The position numbers were made by a program, and so were the translations under genes. The notes under the pieces are model-generated. The model was not told where the DNA came from. It did no database searches and saw nothing but the letters and a program-made list of their open reading frames with translations. From NCBI GenBank assembly GCA_965644265.1, contig OZ286461.1, positions 38,936,001 to 39,000,000 of the forward strand: a stretch of 64,000 bases of DNA, in the 5' to 3' direction. Of the stretch, positions 1-13,173 are shown piece by piece; positions within the stretch are counted from its first letter, which is position 1, and each line of letters opens with the position of its first letter. Origin of the DNA: Glycera tridactyla (taxonomy: Eukaryota).

Positions 1-1460
1 TGAGGTGGGAAGAGACCATGGATGAGGCCCAACATTATCTCACATCACAGAGACCAAGTAATAATTTTGTCTGATGTAGAATGAGACCATGGATGAGACC
101 CAGCATCATATCACATCACAGAGACCAAGTATTACTTCTGACTGAGATAGGATGAGACCATGGATGAGACCCAGCATTATCTAACATCAAAGAGACCAAG
201 TGATACTTCTGTCTGAGATAGGATAAGACCATGGATGAGGTCCACCATCATCTCACATCACAGAGACCAAGTAATACTCCTGTCTGAAATAGGACGAGAC
301 CATGTATGAGGCCCAGCATCATCTCATATGACAGAGACCAATTAATACTTCTGTCTCAGTCAGGATGAGACCATGGATGAGGCCCAGCATCATCTCACAT
401 CACAGAGACCAAGTAACACTTCTGTCTGTGATAGGATGAGACCATGGATGAGACCCAGCATCATCTCACATCATAGAGACCAAGTATTAATTCTGTCTGA
501 GATAGGATGAGACCATGTATGAGGCCCAGCATCATCTCACATGACAGAGACCAATTAATACTTCTGTCTTAGTTAGGATAAGACCATGGATGAGGTCCAG
601 CATCATCTCACATCACAGAGACCAAGTAATACTCCTGTCTGAGATTGGAAGAGACCATGGATGAGGCCCAGGATCATCTCACATCACGGAGACCAAGTAA
701 TACTTCGGCCTGAGATAGGATGAGACCATGGGTGAGGCCAAGCATCATCTCACATTGCAAAGACCAATTAATACTTCGGTCTGAGAAAAGATGAGATCAT
801 GGATGAGGTTCAGCATCATCTCACATCACAGAGACCAAGTAATACATCTGTCTGAGATTTGACGAGACCATGAATGAGACCATGGATGAGACCCAGCATC
901 ATTTCACATCACAGAGACCAAGTAATACTTCTGTTCGAGATAGGATTAGACCATGGATGAGGCCCAGCATCATTTCACATAACAGAGATCAAGTTTTACT
1001 TCTGCCTGAGATAGGATGAGACCATGGATGAGACCCAGCATCATTTCACATCACAGAGACCACTTGATACTTCTGTCTGAGATAGGATATGACCATGGAT
1101 GAGACCCAGCGTCATGTCATATCACAGATACCAACAAATACTTCTGACTGAGATAGGTTGAGACCATGGATGAGACCCAGCATTATCTAACATCACAGAG
1201 ACCGAGTAATACTTCTGTCTGAGATAGGATGAGACCATGAATGAGGTCCAGCATCATCTCACATCACAGAGACCAGGTAATACTCCTGTCTGAGATTGGA
1301 TGAGACCATGGGTGAGGCCCAGGATCATCTTACATCATGGAGACCAAGTAATACTTATGTCCAAGATAGGATGAGACCCAGCATCATTTCACATCACAGA
1401 GACCAAGTGATACTACTGTATGAGATGGGATTAGACAATGGATGAGACCAAGCATCATCT

Positions 1461-2271
1461 TTTGTGATGTGAGATAGTGCTGGGTCTCATCCACGGTCTT
1501 ATCCTATCTCAGACAGAAGTATTACTTGGTCTCTGTGGTATGAAATGATGCTGGGTTTCATTCATGGTCTTATCCCATCTCAGACAGTAGAATTACTTGG
1601 TCTCTGTGATGTGAGATAATGCTGGGTCTCATCCATTGTCTTATCCTACCCCGGACAGTAGTATTACTTGGTCTCTGTGATGTGAGATAATGCTAGGTCT
1701 CATCCAATGTCTTATCCTATCCCGGACAGAAGTATAATTTGGTCTCTGTGATGTGAGATGATGCTGGGCCTCACCCATGGTCTCATCCACGGTCTCATCC
1801 TTTTTCAGAGCGAGATATTATTTGGTCTCTGTGATATGAGATGACGCTGGGTCTCATCCATGGTCTCATCCTACCTCAGACAGAAGTATTAATTGGTCTC
1901 TGTGATGTGAGTTGATGCTGGGTCTCACCCATGGTCTCATCCAAGGTCTCATCCAATCTCAGGCAGAGGTATTTCCTGGTCTCTGTGATGTGAGCTGATG
2001 CTGGGCCTCATCCATGGTCTCCTCCTATCTCAGACAGAAGTATCACTTGGTCTCTGTGGTGTGAGATGATGCTTGGTCCCATCCACGGTCTCTACCTATC
2101 CCAGACAGAAGTTTTATTTGGTTTTTGTGATGTGAGATATTGCTGGGTCTCATCCATGGTCTTATCCTATCTCAGACAGAAGTATTACTTGGTCTCTGTG
2201 GTATGAAATGATGCTGGGTCTCATTCATGGTCTCATCCTATCTCAGACAGAAGTATTACTTGGTCTCTGTG
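1461..2271 (-). repeat. Inverted block 1 of the 71-bp satellite
   Basis: Monomers read as the reverse complement (GGTCTCATCCATGGTCTC...) between the junctions at ~1461 and ~2272. Confidence 0.95.
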
Positions 2272-3797
2272 TGATAGACCATGTATGAGGCCCAGCATCA
2301 TCTCACATCACAGAGACCAAGTAACACTTCTGTCTGAGATAGGATGAGACCATGGATGAGACCCAGCATCATTTCACATCACAGAGACTAAGTAATACTT
2401 CTGTCCGAGATAGGATTAGACCATGGATGAGGCCCAGCATCATTTCACATAACAGAGATCAAGTTTTACTTCTGCCTGAGATAGGATGAGACCATGAATG
2501 AGGCACAGCATCATCTCACATCACAGAGACCAATTGATACTTCTGTCTGAGATAGGATATGACCATGGATGAGACCCAGCGTCTTCTCATATCACAGAGA
2601 CCAATTAATATCTCTCTCACCGAAAAAGGATGAAACCATGGATGAGGTCCAGCATCATCTCACATCACAGAGATCAATTAATACTTCTGTCTGAGGTAGG
2701 ATGAGACCATGGATGAGACCCAGCATCATTTCACATCAGAGAGACCAAGTAATACTTCTGTCTGATGTAGAATGAGACCATGGAAGAGACCCAGCATCAT
2801 ATCACATCACCGATACCAACTAATACTCCTGACTGAGATAGGTTGAGACCATGGATGAGACCCAGCATTATCTAACATCACAGAGACCGAGTAATACTTC
2901 TGTCTGAGATAGGATGAGACCATGAATGAGGTCCAGCATCATCTCACATCACAGAGACCAAGTAATACTCCTGTCTGAGATTGGAAGAGACCATGGATGA
3001 GGCCCAGGATCATCTCACATCACGGAGACCAAGTAATACTTCGGCCTGAGATAGGATGAGACCATGGGTGAGGCCAAGCATCATCTCACATTGCAAAGAC
3101 CGATTAATACTTCGGTCTGAGAAAAGATGAGATCATGGATGAGGTTCAGCATCATCTCACATCACAGAGACCAAGTAATACATCTGTCTGAGATTTGACG
3201 AGACCATGAATGAGACCATGGATGAGACCCAGCATCATTTCACATCACAGAGACCAAGTAATACTTCTGTTCGAGATAGGATTAGACCATGGATGAGGCC
3301 CAGCATCATTTCACATAACAGAGATCAAGTTTTACTTCTGCCTGAGATAGGATGAGACCATGAATGAGGCCCAGCATCATCTCACATCACAGAGACCACT
3401 TGATACTTCTGTCTGAGATAGGATATGACCATGGATGAGACCCAGCGTCATCTCATATCACAGATACCAACAAATACTTCTGACTGAGATAGGTTGAGAC
3501 CATGGATGAGACCCAGCATTATCTAACATCACAGAGACCGAGTAATACTTCTGTCTGAGATAGGATGAGACCATGAATGAGGTCCAGCATCATCTCACAT
3601 CACAGAGACCAGGTAATACTCCTGTCTGAGATTGGATGAGACCATGGGTGAGGCCCAGGATCATCTTACATCATGGAGACCAAGTAATACTTATGTCCAA
3701 GATAGGATGAGACCCAGCATCATTTCACATCACAGAGACCAAGTGATACTACTGTATGAGATGGGATTAGACGATGGGATTAGACCAAGCATCATCT

Positions 3798-5885
3798 TTT
3801 GTGATGTGAGATAATGCTGGGTCTCATCCACGGTCTTATCCTATCTCACACAGAAGTATTACTTGGTCTCTGTGGTATGAAATGATGCTGGGTCTCATTC
3901 ATGGTCTCATCCCATCTCAGACAGTAGAATTACTTGGTCTCTGTGATGTGAGATAATGCTGGGTCTCATCCATTGTCTTATCCTACCCCGGACAGTAGTA
4001 TTACTTGGTCTCTGTGATGTGAGATAATGCTGGGTCTCATCCAATGTCTTATCCTATCCCTGACAGAAGTATAATTTGGTCTCTGTGATGTGAGATGATG
4101 CTGGGCCTCACCCATGGTCTCATCCTATCTCAGACAGAATTATCACTCGGTCTCTGTGATGTGAGATGATGCTGGACCTCATCCATGGATTCAACCTGCC
4201 TCACACAGAAGTATTACTTGGTCCCTGTGATGTGAGATAATGCTGGACCTCATCCATGGTCTGAACCTGCCTCAGACAGAAGTATTACTTGGTCTCTGTG
4301 ATGTGAGATAATGCTGGGTCCCATCCATGGTCTCATCCTACCTCAGACAGGAGTATCACTTGCTCTCTGTGATGTGAGATGATGCTGGGTCTCATCCATG
4401 GTCTCCTCCTATCTCAGACAGAAGTATTACTTGGTCTCTGTGGTATGAAATGATGCTGGGTTTCATTCATGGTCTCATCCTATCTCAGACAGTAGTATTA
4501 CTTGGTCTCTGTGATGTGAGATAATGCTGGGTCTCATCCATTGTCTTATCCTATCCCGGACAGAAGTATAATTTCGTTTCTGTGATGTGAGATGATGCTG
4601 GGTCTCATCCATGGACGCATCTTACCTCAGACAGAAGTATTAATTGGTCTCTGTCTTGTGAGATGATGCTGGGCCTCATCCATGGTCTCATTCTACATCA
4701 GACAGAAGTATTAATTGGTCTCTGTGATGCGAGATGATGCTGGGTCTCATCTAAGTCTCATCCTATCTCATACAGAAGTATTACTTGGTCTCTATGATGC
4801 GAGATGATGCTGGGTCGCATCCATGATCTCATCCTATTTCAGAGCAAGATATTATTCGGTCTCTGTGATATGAGATGACGCTGGGTCTCAATTATGGTCT
4901 CTTCCTACCTCAGCGAGAAGTATCAATTAGTCTCTGTGATGTGAGATGATGCTGGGCCTCATCCATGGTCTCATCCTACCTAAGACCGAAGTATTACTTG
5001 GTCTCTGTGATGTGAAATGATGCCGGGCCTCATCCATGGTCTCATCCTATCTCAGACAGAAGTGTTACTTGGTCTCTGTGATGTGCGATAATGCTGGGTC
5101 TCATCCAGGGTCTCATCATACCTCAGACAGAAGTATTGCTTGGTCTCTGTCATGTGAGATGATGCTGGGCCTCATCCATGGTCTCATCCTATCTCAGAGA
5201 GAAGTGTTACTTGGTCTCTGTGATGTAAGATGATGCTGAATCTCATCCATGGTCTCATTCTTCATCAGACAGAAGTATCAATTGGTCTCTGTGATGTGTG
5301 ATGATGCTGGGTCTCATTGATGGTCTCATCCTACCACAGACAGAAGTATTAAATGGTCTCTGTGATGTGAGTTGATGCTGGGTCTCATCCATGGTCTCAT
5401 CCATGGTCTCATCCTTTTTCAGAGCGAGATATTATTTGGTCTCTGTGATATGAGATGACGCTGGGTCTCATCCATGGTCTCATCCTACCTCAGACAGAAG
5501 TAATTATTGGTCTCTGTGATGGGAGTTGATGCTGGGTCTCATCCATGGTCTCATCCAAGGTCTCATCCAATCTCAGGCAGAGGTATTTCCTGGTCTCTGT
5601 GATGTGAGCTGATGCTGGGCCTCATCCATGGTCTCATCCTATCTCAGACAGAAGTATCACTTGGTCTCTGTGGTGTGAGATGATGCTTGGTCCCATCCAG
5701 GGTCTCTACCTATCCCAGACAGAAGTTTTATTTGGTTTTTGTGATGTGAGATAATGCTGGGTCTCATCCATGGTCTTATCCTATCTCAGACAGAAGTATT
5801 ACTTGGTCTCTGTGGTATGAAATGATGCTGGGTCTCATTCTTGGTCTCATCCTATCTCAGACAGTAGTATTACTTGGTCTCTGTG
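3798..5885 (-). repeat. Inverted block 2 of the 71-bp satellite
   Basis: Reverse-complement monomers between junctions at ~3798 and ~5886; junction sequences match those of block 1. Confidence 0.95.
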
Positions 5886-8800
5886 TGATGAGACCATGTA
5901 TGAGGCCCAGCATCATCTCACATCACAGAGACCAAGTAACACTTCTGTCTGAGATAGGATGAGACCATGGATGAGTCCCAGCATCATCTCACATCATAGA
6001 GACCAAGTATTAATTCTGTCTGTGATAGGATGAGACCATGGATGAGGCCCAGCATCATTTCACATAACAGAGATCAAGTTTTACTTCTGCCTGAGATAGG
6101 ATGAGACCATGAATGAGGCCCAGCATCATCTCACAACACAGAGACCAAGTACCACTTCTGTCTGAGATAGGATATGACCATGGATGAAACCCAGCGTCAT
6201 TTCATATCACAGAGACCAATTAATACCTCTCTCACTGAAATAGGATGAAACCATGGATGAGGTCCAGCATCATCTCACATCACAGAGATCAATTAATACT
6301 TCTGTCTGAGGTAGGATGAGACCATGGATGAGACCCAGCATCATTTCACATCAGAGAGACCAAGTAATACTTCTGTCTGATGTAGAATGAGACCATGGAA
6401 GAGACCCAGCATCATATCACATCACCGATACCAACTGATACTTCTGACTGAGATAGGTTGAGACAATGGATGAGACCAAGCATTATCTAACATCACAGAG
6501 ACCGAGTAATACTTCTGTCTGAGATAGGATAAGACCATGAATGAGGTCCAGCATCATCTCACATCACAGAGACCAAGTAATACTCCTGTCTGAGATTGGA
6601 AGAGACCATGGATGAGGCCCAGGATCATCTCACATCACGGAGACCAAGTAATACTTATGTCCAAGATAGGATGAGACCCAGCATCATTTCACATCACAGA
6701 GACCAAGTGATACTTCTGTATGAGATGGGATTAGACAATGGATGAGACCCAGCATCATCTCACATCACAGAGACCATGTGATACTTCTGACTGAGATAGG
6801 ATGAGACCATGGATGAGACCCAGCATCATCTCACATAACAGAGACCAATTAACTCTTCTCTCTGAGATAGGATGAGACCATGTATTAGGCCCAGCATCAT
6901 CTCACATGACAGAGACCAAATAATACTTCTGTCTGAGGTGGGAAGAGACCATGGATGAGGCCCAACATCATCTCACATCACAGAGACCAACTAATAATTT
7001 TGTCTGATGTAGAATGAGACCATGGATGAGACCCAGCATCATATCACATCACAGAGACCAAGTATTACTTCTGACTGAGATAGGATGAGACCATGGATGA
7101 GACCCAGCATTATCTAACATCAAAGAGACCAAGTGATACTTCTGTCTGAGATAGGATGAAACCATTGATGAGGTCCACCATCATCTCACATCACAGAGAT
7201 CAAGTGATACTCCTGTCTGAAATAGGATGAGACCATGTATGAGGCCCAGCATCATCTCATATGACAGAGACCAATTACCTCTTCTGTCTAAGATAGGATG
7301 TGAGTATGGGTGAGGCCCAGCTTCATCTCACATCATAGAAACCAATTTATATCTCTCTCTGAAATAGGTTGAGACCATGGATGAGACCCAGCATCATCTC
7401 ACATCACAGAGACCAAGTAATACTTCTGTCTGAAATAGGATGAGACCATGTATGAGGCCCAGCATCTACTAATATGACAGAGACCAATTAATACTTCTGT
7501 CTCAGTTAGGATGAGACCATGGATGAGGCCCAGCATCATCTCACATCACAGAGACCAAGTAACACTTCTGTCTGAGATAGCATGAGACCATGGATGAGTC
7601 CCAGCATCATCTCACATCATAGAGACCAAGTATTAATTCTGTCTGTGATAGGATGAGACCATATATGTTGCCCAGCATCATCTCACATGACAGAGACCAA
7701 ATCATACTTCTGTCTTAGTTAGGATGAGACCATGGATGAGGCCCAGCATCATCTCACAACACAGAGACCAAGTAACACTTCTGTCTGAGATAGGATGAGA
7801 CCATTGATGAGGTCCAGCATCATCTCAAATCATAGAGACCAAGTAATACTTCTGTCTTAGATAGAATGAGACCATGGGTGAGGCCCAGCATCATCTCACA
7901 TCGCAACGACCGATGAATACTTCGGTCTGAGATAGGATGAGACCATGGGTGAGGCCCAGCATCATCTCACATTGGAAAGACCAAGTAATACTTCGGTCAG
8001 AGAAAAGATGAGATCATGGATTAGGTTCAGCATCATCTCACATCACAGAGACCAAGTAATACATCTGTCTGAGATTTGATGAGACCATGAATGAGACCAT
8101 GGATGAGACCCGGCATTATCTCACATCACAGAGACCAAGTAATACTTCTGTCTGAGATAGGATGAGACCATGGATGGGGTCCAGCATCATATCACATCAC
8201 AGAGACCAAGTAATACTTCTGTCTGAGGTAGGATGAGACCATGGGTGAGACCCTGCATCATCCCACATCACAGAGACCAAGTAATACTTCTGTCTGAGGC
8301 AGGTTGAGTCCATGGATGAGGTCCAGCATTATCTCACATCACAGAGACCGAGTGATACTTCTGTCTGAGATAGGATGAGACCATGGATGAGACACAGCAT
8401 CATCTCACATCACAGAGACCAAGTGATACTTCTGACTGAGATAGGATGAGACCATGGATGAGACCCAGCATCATCTCACATCACTGAGACCAAGTAATAC
8501 TCCTGTCTGAGGTAGGATGAGACCATGGATGAGACCCAGCATCATCTCACATCACAGAGACCAAGAAATACTCCTGTCTGAGGTAGGATGAGACCATGGA
8601 TGAGACCCAGCATCATCTCAAATCACAGAGACCAAGAAATACTTCTGTCTGAGGAAGGATGAGACCATGGATGAGACCCAACATCATCTCACATCACAGA
8701 GACCATCTCACATCACAGAGACCAATTAATACTTCTGTCTGAGGTAGGATGAGACCATGGATAAGACCATGGATGGAGCCCAGCATCATCTCACATCACA

Positions 8801-11598
8801 GAGACCAATTAATACTCTTGTCCGATGTAGGATGAGACCTTGGATGAGACCCAGCATCATATCACATCACAGAGACCATGTAATACTTCTGTCTGAGATA
8901 GGAAGAGACCATAGATGAGGCCCAGCATCATCTCACATCACAGAGACCAATTAATACTTCTGTCTGAGGTAGGATGATACCATGGATGAGACCCAGCATC
9001 ATTTTCCATCACAGAGACCAAGTAATACTCTTGTCCGAGATAGGATGAGACCATAGATGAGACCCAGCATCATTTCACATCACAGAGACCAAGTGATACT
9101 TCTGTATGAGATGGGATTAGACAATGGATGAGACCTAGCATCATTTCACATCACAGAGACCAAGCAATAGTTCTGTCTGTGATTGGATGAGACCATGAAT
9201 GAGACCATTGATGAGGTCCAGCATCAACTCACATCACAGAGACCAATCAATACTTCTGTCTGAGATAGGATGAGACCATGGATGAGACCCAGCATCATCT
9301 AACATCAAAGAGACCAAGTGATACTTCTGTCTGAGATAGGATGAAACCATGGATGAGGTCCACCATCATCTCACATCACAGAGACCAAGTAATACTCCTG
9401 TCTGAAATAGGATGAGACCATGTATGAGGCCCAACATCATCTCATATGACAGAGACCAATTAATACTTCTGTCTCAGTTAGGATGAGACCATTGATGAGG
9501 TCCAGCATCATCTCAAATCATAGAGACCAAGTAATACTTCTGTCTTAGATAGAATGAGACCATGGGTGAGGCCCAGCATCATCTCACATCGCAACGACCG
9601 ATAAATACTTCGGTCTGAGATAGGATGAGACCATGGGTGAGACCCAGCATCATCTCACATTGCAAAGACCAATTAATACTTCGGTCAGAGAAAAGATGAG
9701 ATCATCGATGAGGTTCAGCATCATCTCACATCACAGAGACCAAGTAATACATCTGTCTGAGATTTGATGAGACCATGAATGAGACCATGGATGAGACCCG
9801 GCATTATCTCACATCACAAAGACCAAGTAATACTTCTGTCTGAGGCAGGTTGAGTCCATGGATGAGGTCCAGCATTATCTCACATCACAGAGACCGAGTA
9901 ATACTTCTGTCTGAGATAGGATGAGACCATGGATGAGACACAGCATCATCTCACATCACAGAGACCAAGTGATACTTCTGACTGAGATAGGATGAGACCA
10001 TGGATGAGACCCAGCATCATCTCACATCACAGAGACCAAGTAATACTCCTGTCTGAGGTAGGATGAGACCATGGATGAGACCCAGCATCATTTCACATCA
10101 CAGAGACCAAGTGATACTTCTTTATGAGATAGGGTTAGACAATGGATGAGACCCAGCATCATTTCACATCACAGAGACCAAGTAATAGTTATGTCTGAGA
10201 TAGGATGAGACCATGGATGAGGCCCAGCATTATCTCACATCACAGAGACCAAGTAATACATGTATGTGAGATAGGATGAGGCCATGGATGAGACCCAGCA
10301 TCATCTCACATCACAGAGACCAAGTAATACTTCTGACTAAGATAGGATGAGACCATGGATGAGACCAAGCATCATCTCACATCATTGAGATCAAGTAAAA
10401 CTTCTGACTGAGATAGGATGAGACCATGGATGAGACCCAGCATTATCTAACATCACAGAGACCAAGTAATACTTCTGTCTGATGTTGGATAAGACCATGG
10501 ATGAGACCCAGCATCATTTCACATCACAGAGACCAAGTGATACTTCTTTATGAGATAGGGTTAGACAATGGATGAGACCCAGCATCATTTCACATCACAG
10601 AGACCAAGTAATAGTTATGTCTGAGATAGGATGAGACCATGGATGAGGCCCAGCATTATCTCACATCACAGAGACCAAGTAATACATGTATGTGAGATAG
10701 GATGAGGCCATGGATGAGACCCAGCATCATCTCACATCACAGAGACCAAGTAATACTTCTGTGTGAGCTAGGATGAGGCCAAAGAAGAGGCCCAGCATCA
10801 TCTCACATGGAGATGTCCTTCAAGAAAGCTTTACATATTCCCTCCACCACCATGGAAGATAACCACCATCACCATCACTGTTTGAAAAGAGACCATCTGA
10901 TTTGGGAGACCCCTGCTTGCTGAAATATTTGACAATCATAAAGGGACAAAGAAATAGTGTGGAATATCATTCTGGTGTTTCTGATTGTTAACACTCATTT
11001 GGCATCATCCACTAGATGAAAATAAGTGACTAATACATTAGTAATTTATTATCTACCATTGGAAATTCAGTGAATATTTTGAATGCTAATTTTCAATGGT
11101 AGATTTTACAGGTGGGCAGGTGGAGATTGATCATAAATAACTTGCTCATATAAGCAGGGCAGGTGGATATTTCAGGGGGCAGGTGGATTTTCATGATGTC
11201 TTTTTGCCCTGAATTCATCAATTGAATCTCAACATCACATAGATGGAATTCCATGAAAATCAGAATTGTTGATCAAATCTAGCCCCGAAGAAAGAAGTGC
11301 ACTAAGGGGCATATTGGAGAATGTGCTCAATGGGAAAAAAGAGCCCTTTGGGCAGGTACATGCTAACAAGATGCCTTCATCTTGGTTTCGCTCAAGAGGT
11401 GGGGCATATCAATAGTCATTGATGTATCCATACATGCATCATCAGCAAGACCATGTAAGAGACCTTTCTGTACACTGCATCATGGAGACCTTTCTCATTT
11501 CTCTTTAGTGAGCCTAATTGGTGGGCCATGATCAAGATTCAACCTGATCGACTCATTGTGCCCCAATCATGACAGTAGAAGTCATTAGATTCCTTTCA

Positions 11599-11810
11599 AT
11601 GTACTGTACCGTCCTCAGATATCTCAGGATTGTACTGTATCAGTCCATAGATACTTCTCATGGTACAGTACCAGTTTTGAGATACCTCTCAATGTACAGC
11701 ACCATTCATGAGATACCTCTCACTCTACAGTACCAGTTTTGAGACACCTCTTACGTTATAGATACTTCTCACTGTATAGTACCAGTCATGACATACCTCT
11801 CCCTGTACAA
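11599..11810. repeat. Degenerate 31-bp minisatellite
   Basis: About 6 units resembling TGTACAGTACCAGTTTTGAGATACCTCTCAA. Confidence 0.75.
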
Positions 11811-12823
11811 TATGAATGATTGGATACATTGGATACTTTTTCTATGAGCAGAACTTAGGTTTTCAATTAGGCAATCTTCTTGACTGTATAAAAAGCTGAA
11901 ATGTGAATAAAGGAGTTTGTGTGATGACAGGGTGGAATTAGGGCCAAGCATGTCAAATTCATACTTTCTGAAGGGCTTGTTTGTGCTTGCCATTCCTTTC
12001 AACTAGATCCTATTTGATGGATGGCATTGATGTAATTTCATTATGGGAATCACATAGTATGAAAAATACCAGAAATTGGTTGCTCAAATGCAGAAATTAA
12101 TAGGAAAAGCCTTTTTTCTGGCAAATGGACATTATGGTGGACAAACCTGTTGATGAAACTTTGTGCTAAGACAGCAACTGTTATAAATGGTCAGATGGCC
12201 AATATTATTGTTCCTCCATTAGAGCTTGACAATTTTAACATGGGTTTATGTATGAATATCCAAATTTATTGCAAAAAAAAATCAATTTTGAACCTGTACA
12301 TATACCATATGCTTCAACTGAATGTGCACATGCCAAAGTCTCTCCTTCTATTTGTCCAGATGATTTCAGGGCAGTATAAATCACAATAAGGGACATTTTT
12401 CACGTTATCCCATGCCATATTAGCAACAGAGCATTGCAGCCCCATTCTAAGCAAAGAATGAAAACCACATTGTCACATTAGCATCTGTTCAGATGTCCAA
12501 TGTATGACATTAGCAACAGTATTTGAGAAAATGTCATAAATATCGAAATGGCTATGCCTTATACCCAAATGCATTGACATGAATGATAATATAGGCATAT
12601 CCCAAAGAAAAAGAGATGATTCGATATAAACTTGGATGATTAAAGCATGAAAAATATGTGGGTTACTAATGTGACATGATTATGCTGCTAACATCACCAT
12701 TGGACAGAATTTCCTTTGCTCATACCTCTCAGTCAGTATCCATTTCAACTGAAATCGAGGAAGTTGTGTCTGGTGCTCTTTTGACCTATTTGCCGCAAGA
12801 AAGTGAATCCCAAAGAAAGCAGG

Positions 12824-13173
12824 CAGGGTTCCCTCTATAGATTAGCATTTTAGCTATAGCTAATCGGTGAAGTCAAATGCTAAAAAAAAATTCAATTTGC
12901 TAAAATGATTTGCTAAAGTGAATTTCATTTTTGATGGCACAAAAGGGGTGATGGTGGTTGGTTGTAGATGAACATCTTCTTACTTTCAATAGTATTGTTG
13001 AAAAAATCCAATAGAAATTGATATGGCATAAGAATGTCATCTTTTTTTCAGATTGGTGAACTGATCCAATTGAAATGTTTTCTGATTCCAACGAAGTGCT
13101 TTCTGAATTGCTAAAATTATTTCCATTTTGCTAAAATTACTCGCTAAAAGGTTTTCCATCCTAGAGGGAACCC
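12824..13173. mobile_element. hAT-like MITE (~350 bp)
   Basis: TIR (CA)GGGTTCCCTCTA at 12824-12837 and TAGAGGGAACCC at 13162-13173 (12 bp perfect; right end lacks the terminal TG). AAGCAGG flanks both sides (12817-12823, 13174-13180), consistent with a 7-8 bp TSD. Repeated internal TTGCTAAA motifs. Confidence 0.7.

Larger units (their letters stand above)
1..10808 (+). repeat. 71-bp tandem satellite array (~150 monomers, continues off the left edge)
   Basis: Consensus GAGACCATGGATGAGACCCAGCATCATCTCACATCACAGAGACCAAGTAATACTTCTGTCTGAGATAGGAT (71 nt); period seen directly (GAGACC at 12 and 83). Monomers are moderately diverged, with 12-bp slippage variants. The array ends at ~10808. Confidence 0.97.

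Noticed and set aside
1-10808. CRISPR-like array or repetitive protein gene
   Set aside because: No unique spacers, since the whole 71-mer is repeated; no cas genes; eukaryotic context. 71 is not a multiple of 3 and the longest ORFs are only 60-65 aa.
1-10808. Satellite-encoded hammerhead ribozyme
   Set aside because: No CUGANGA...GAAA core on either strand of the consensus monomer.
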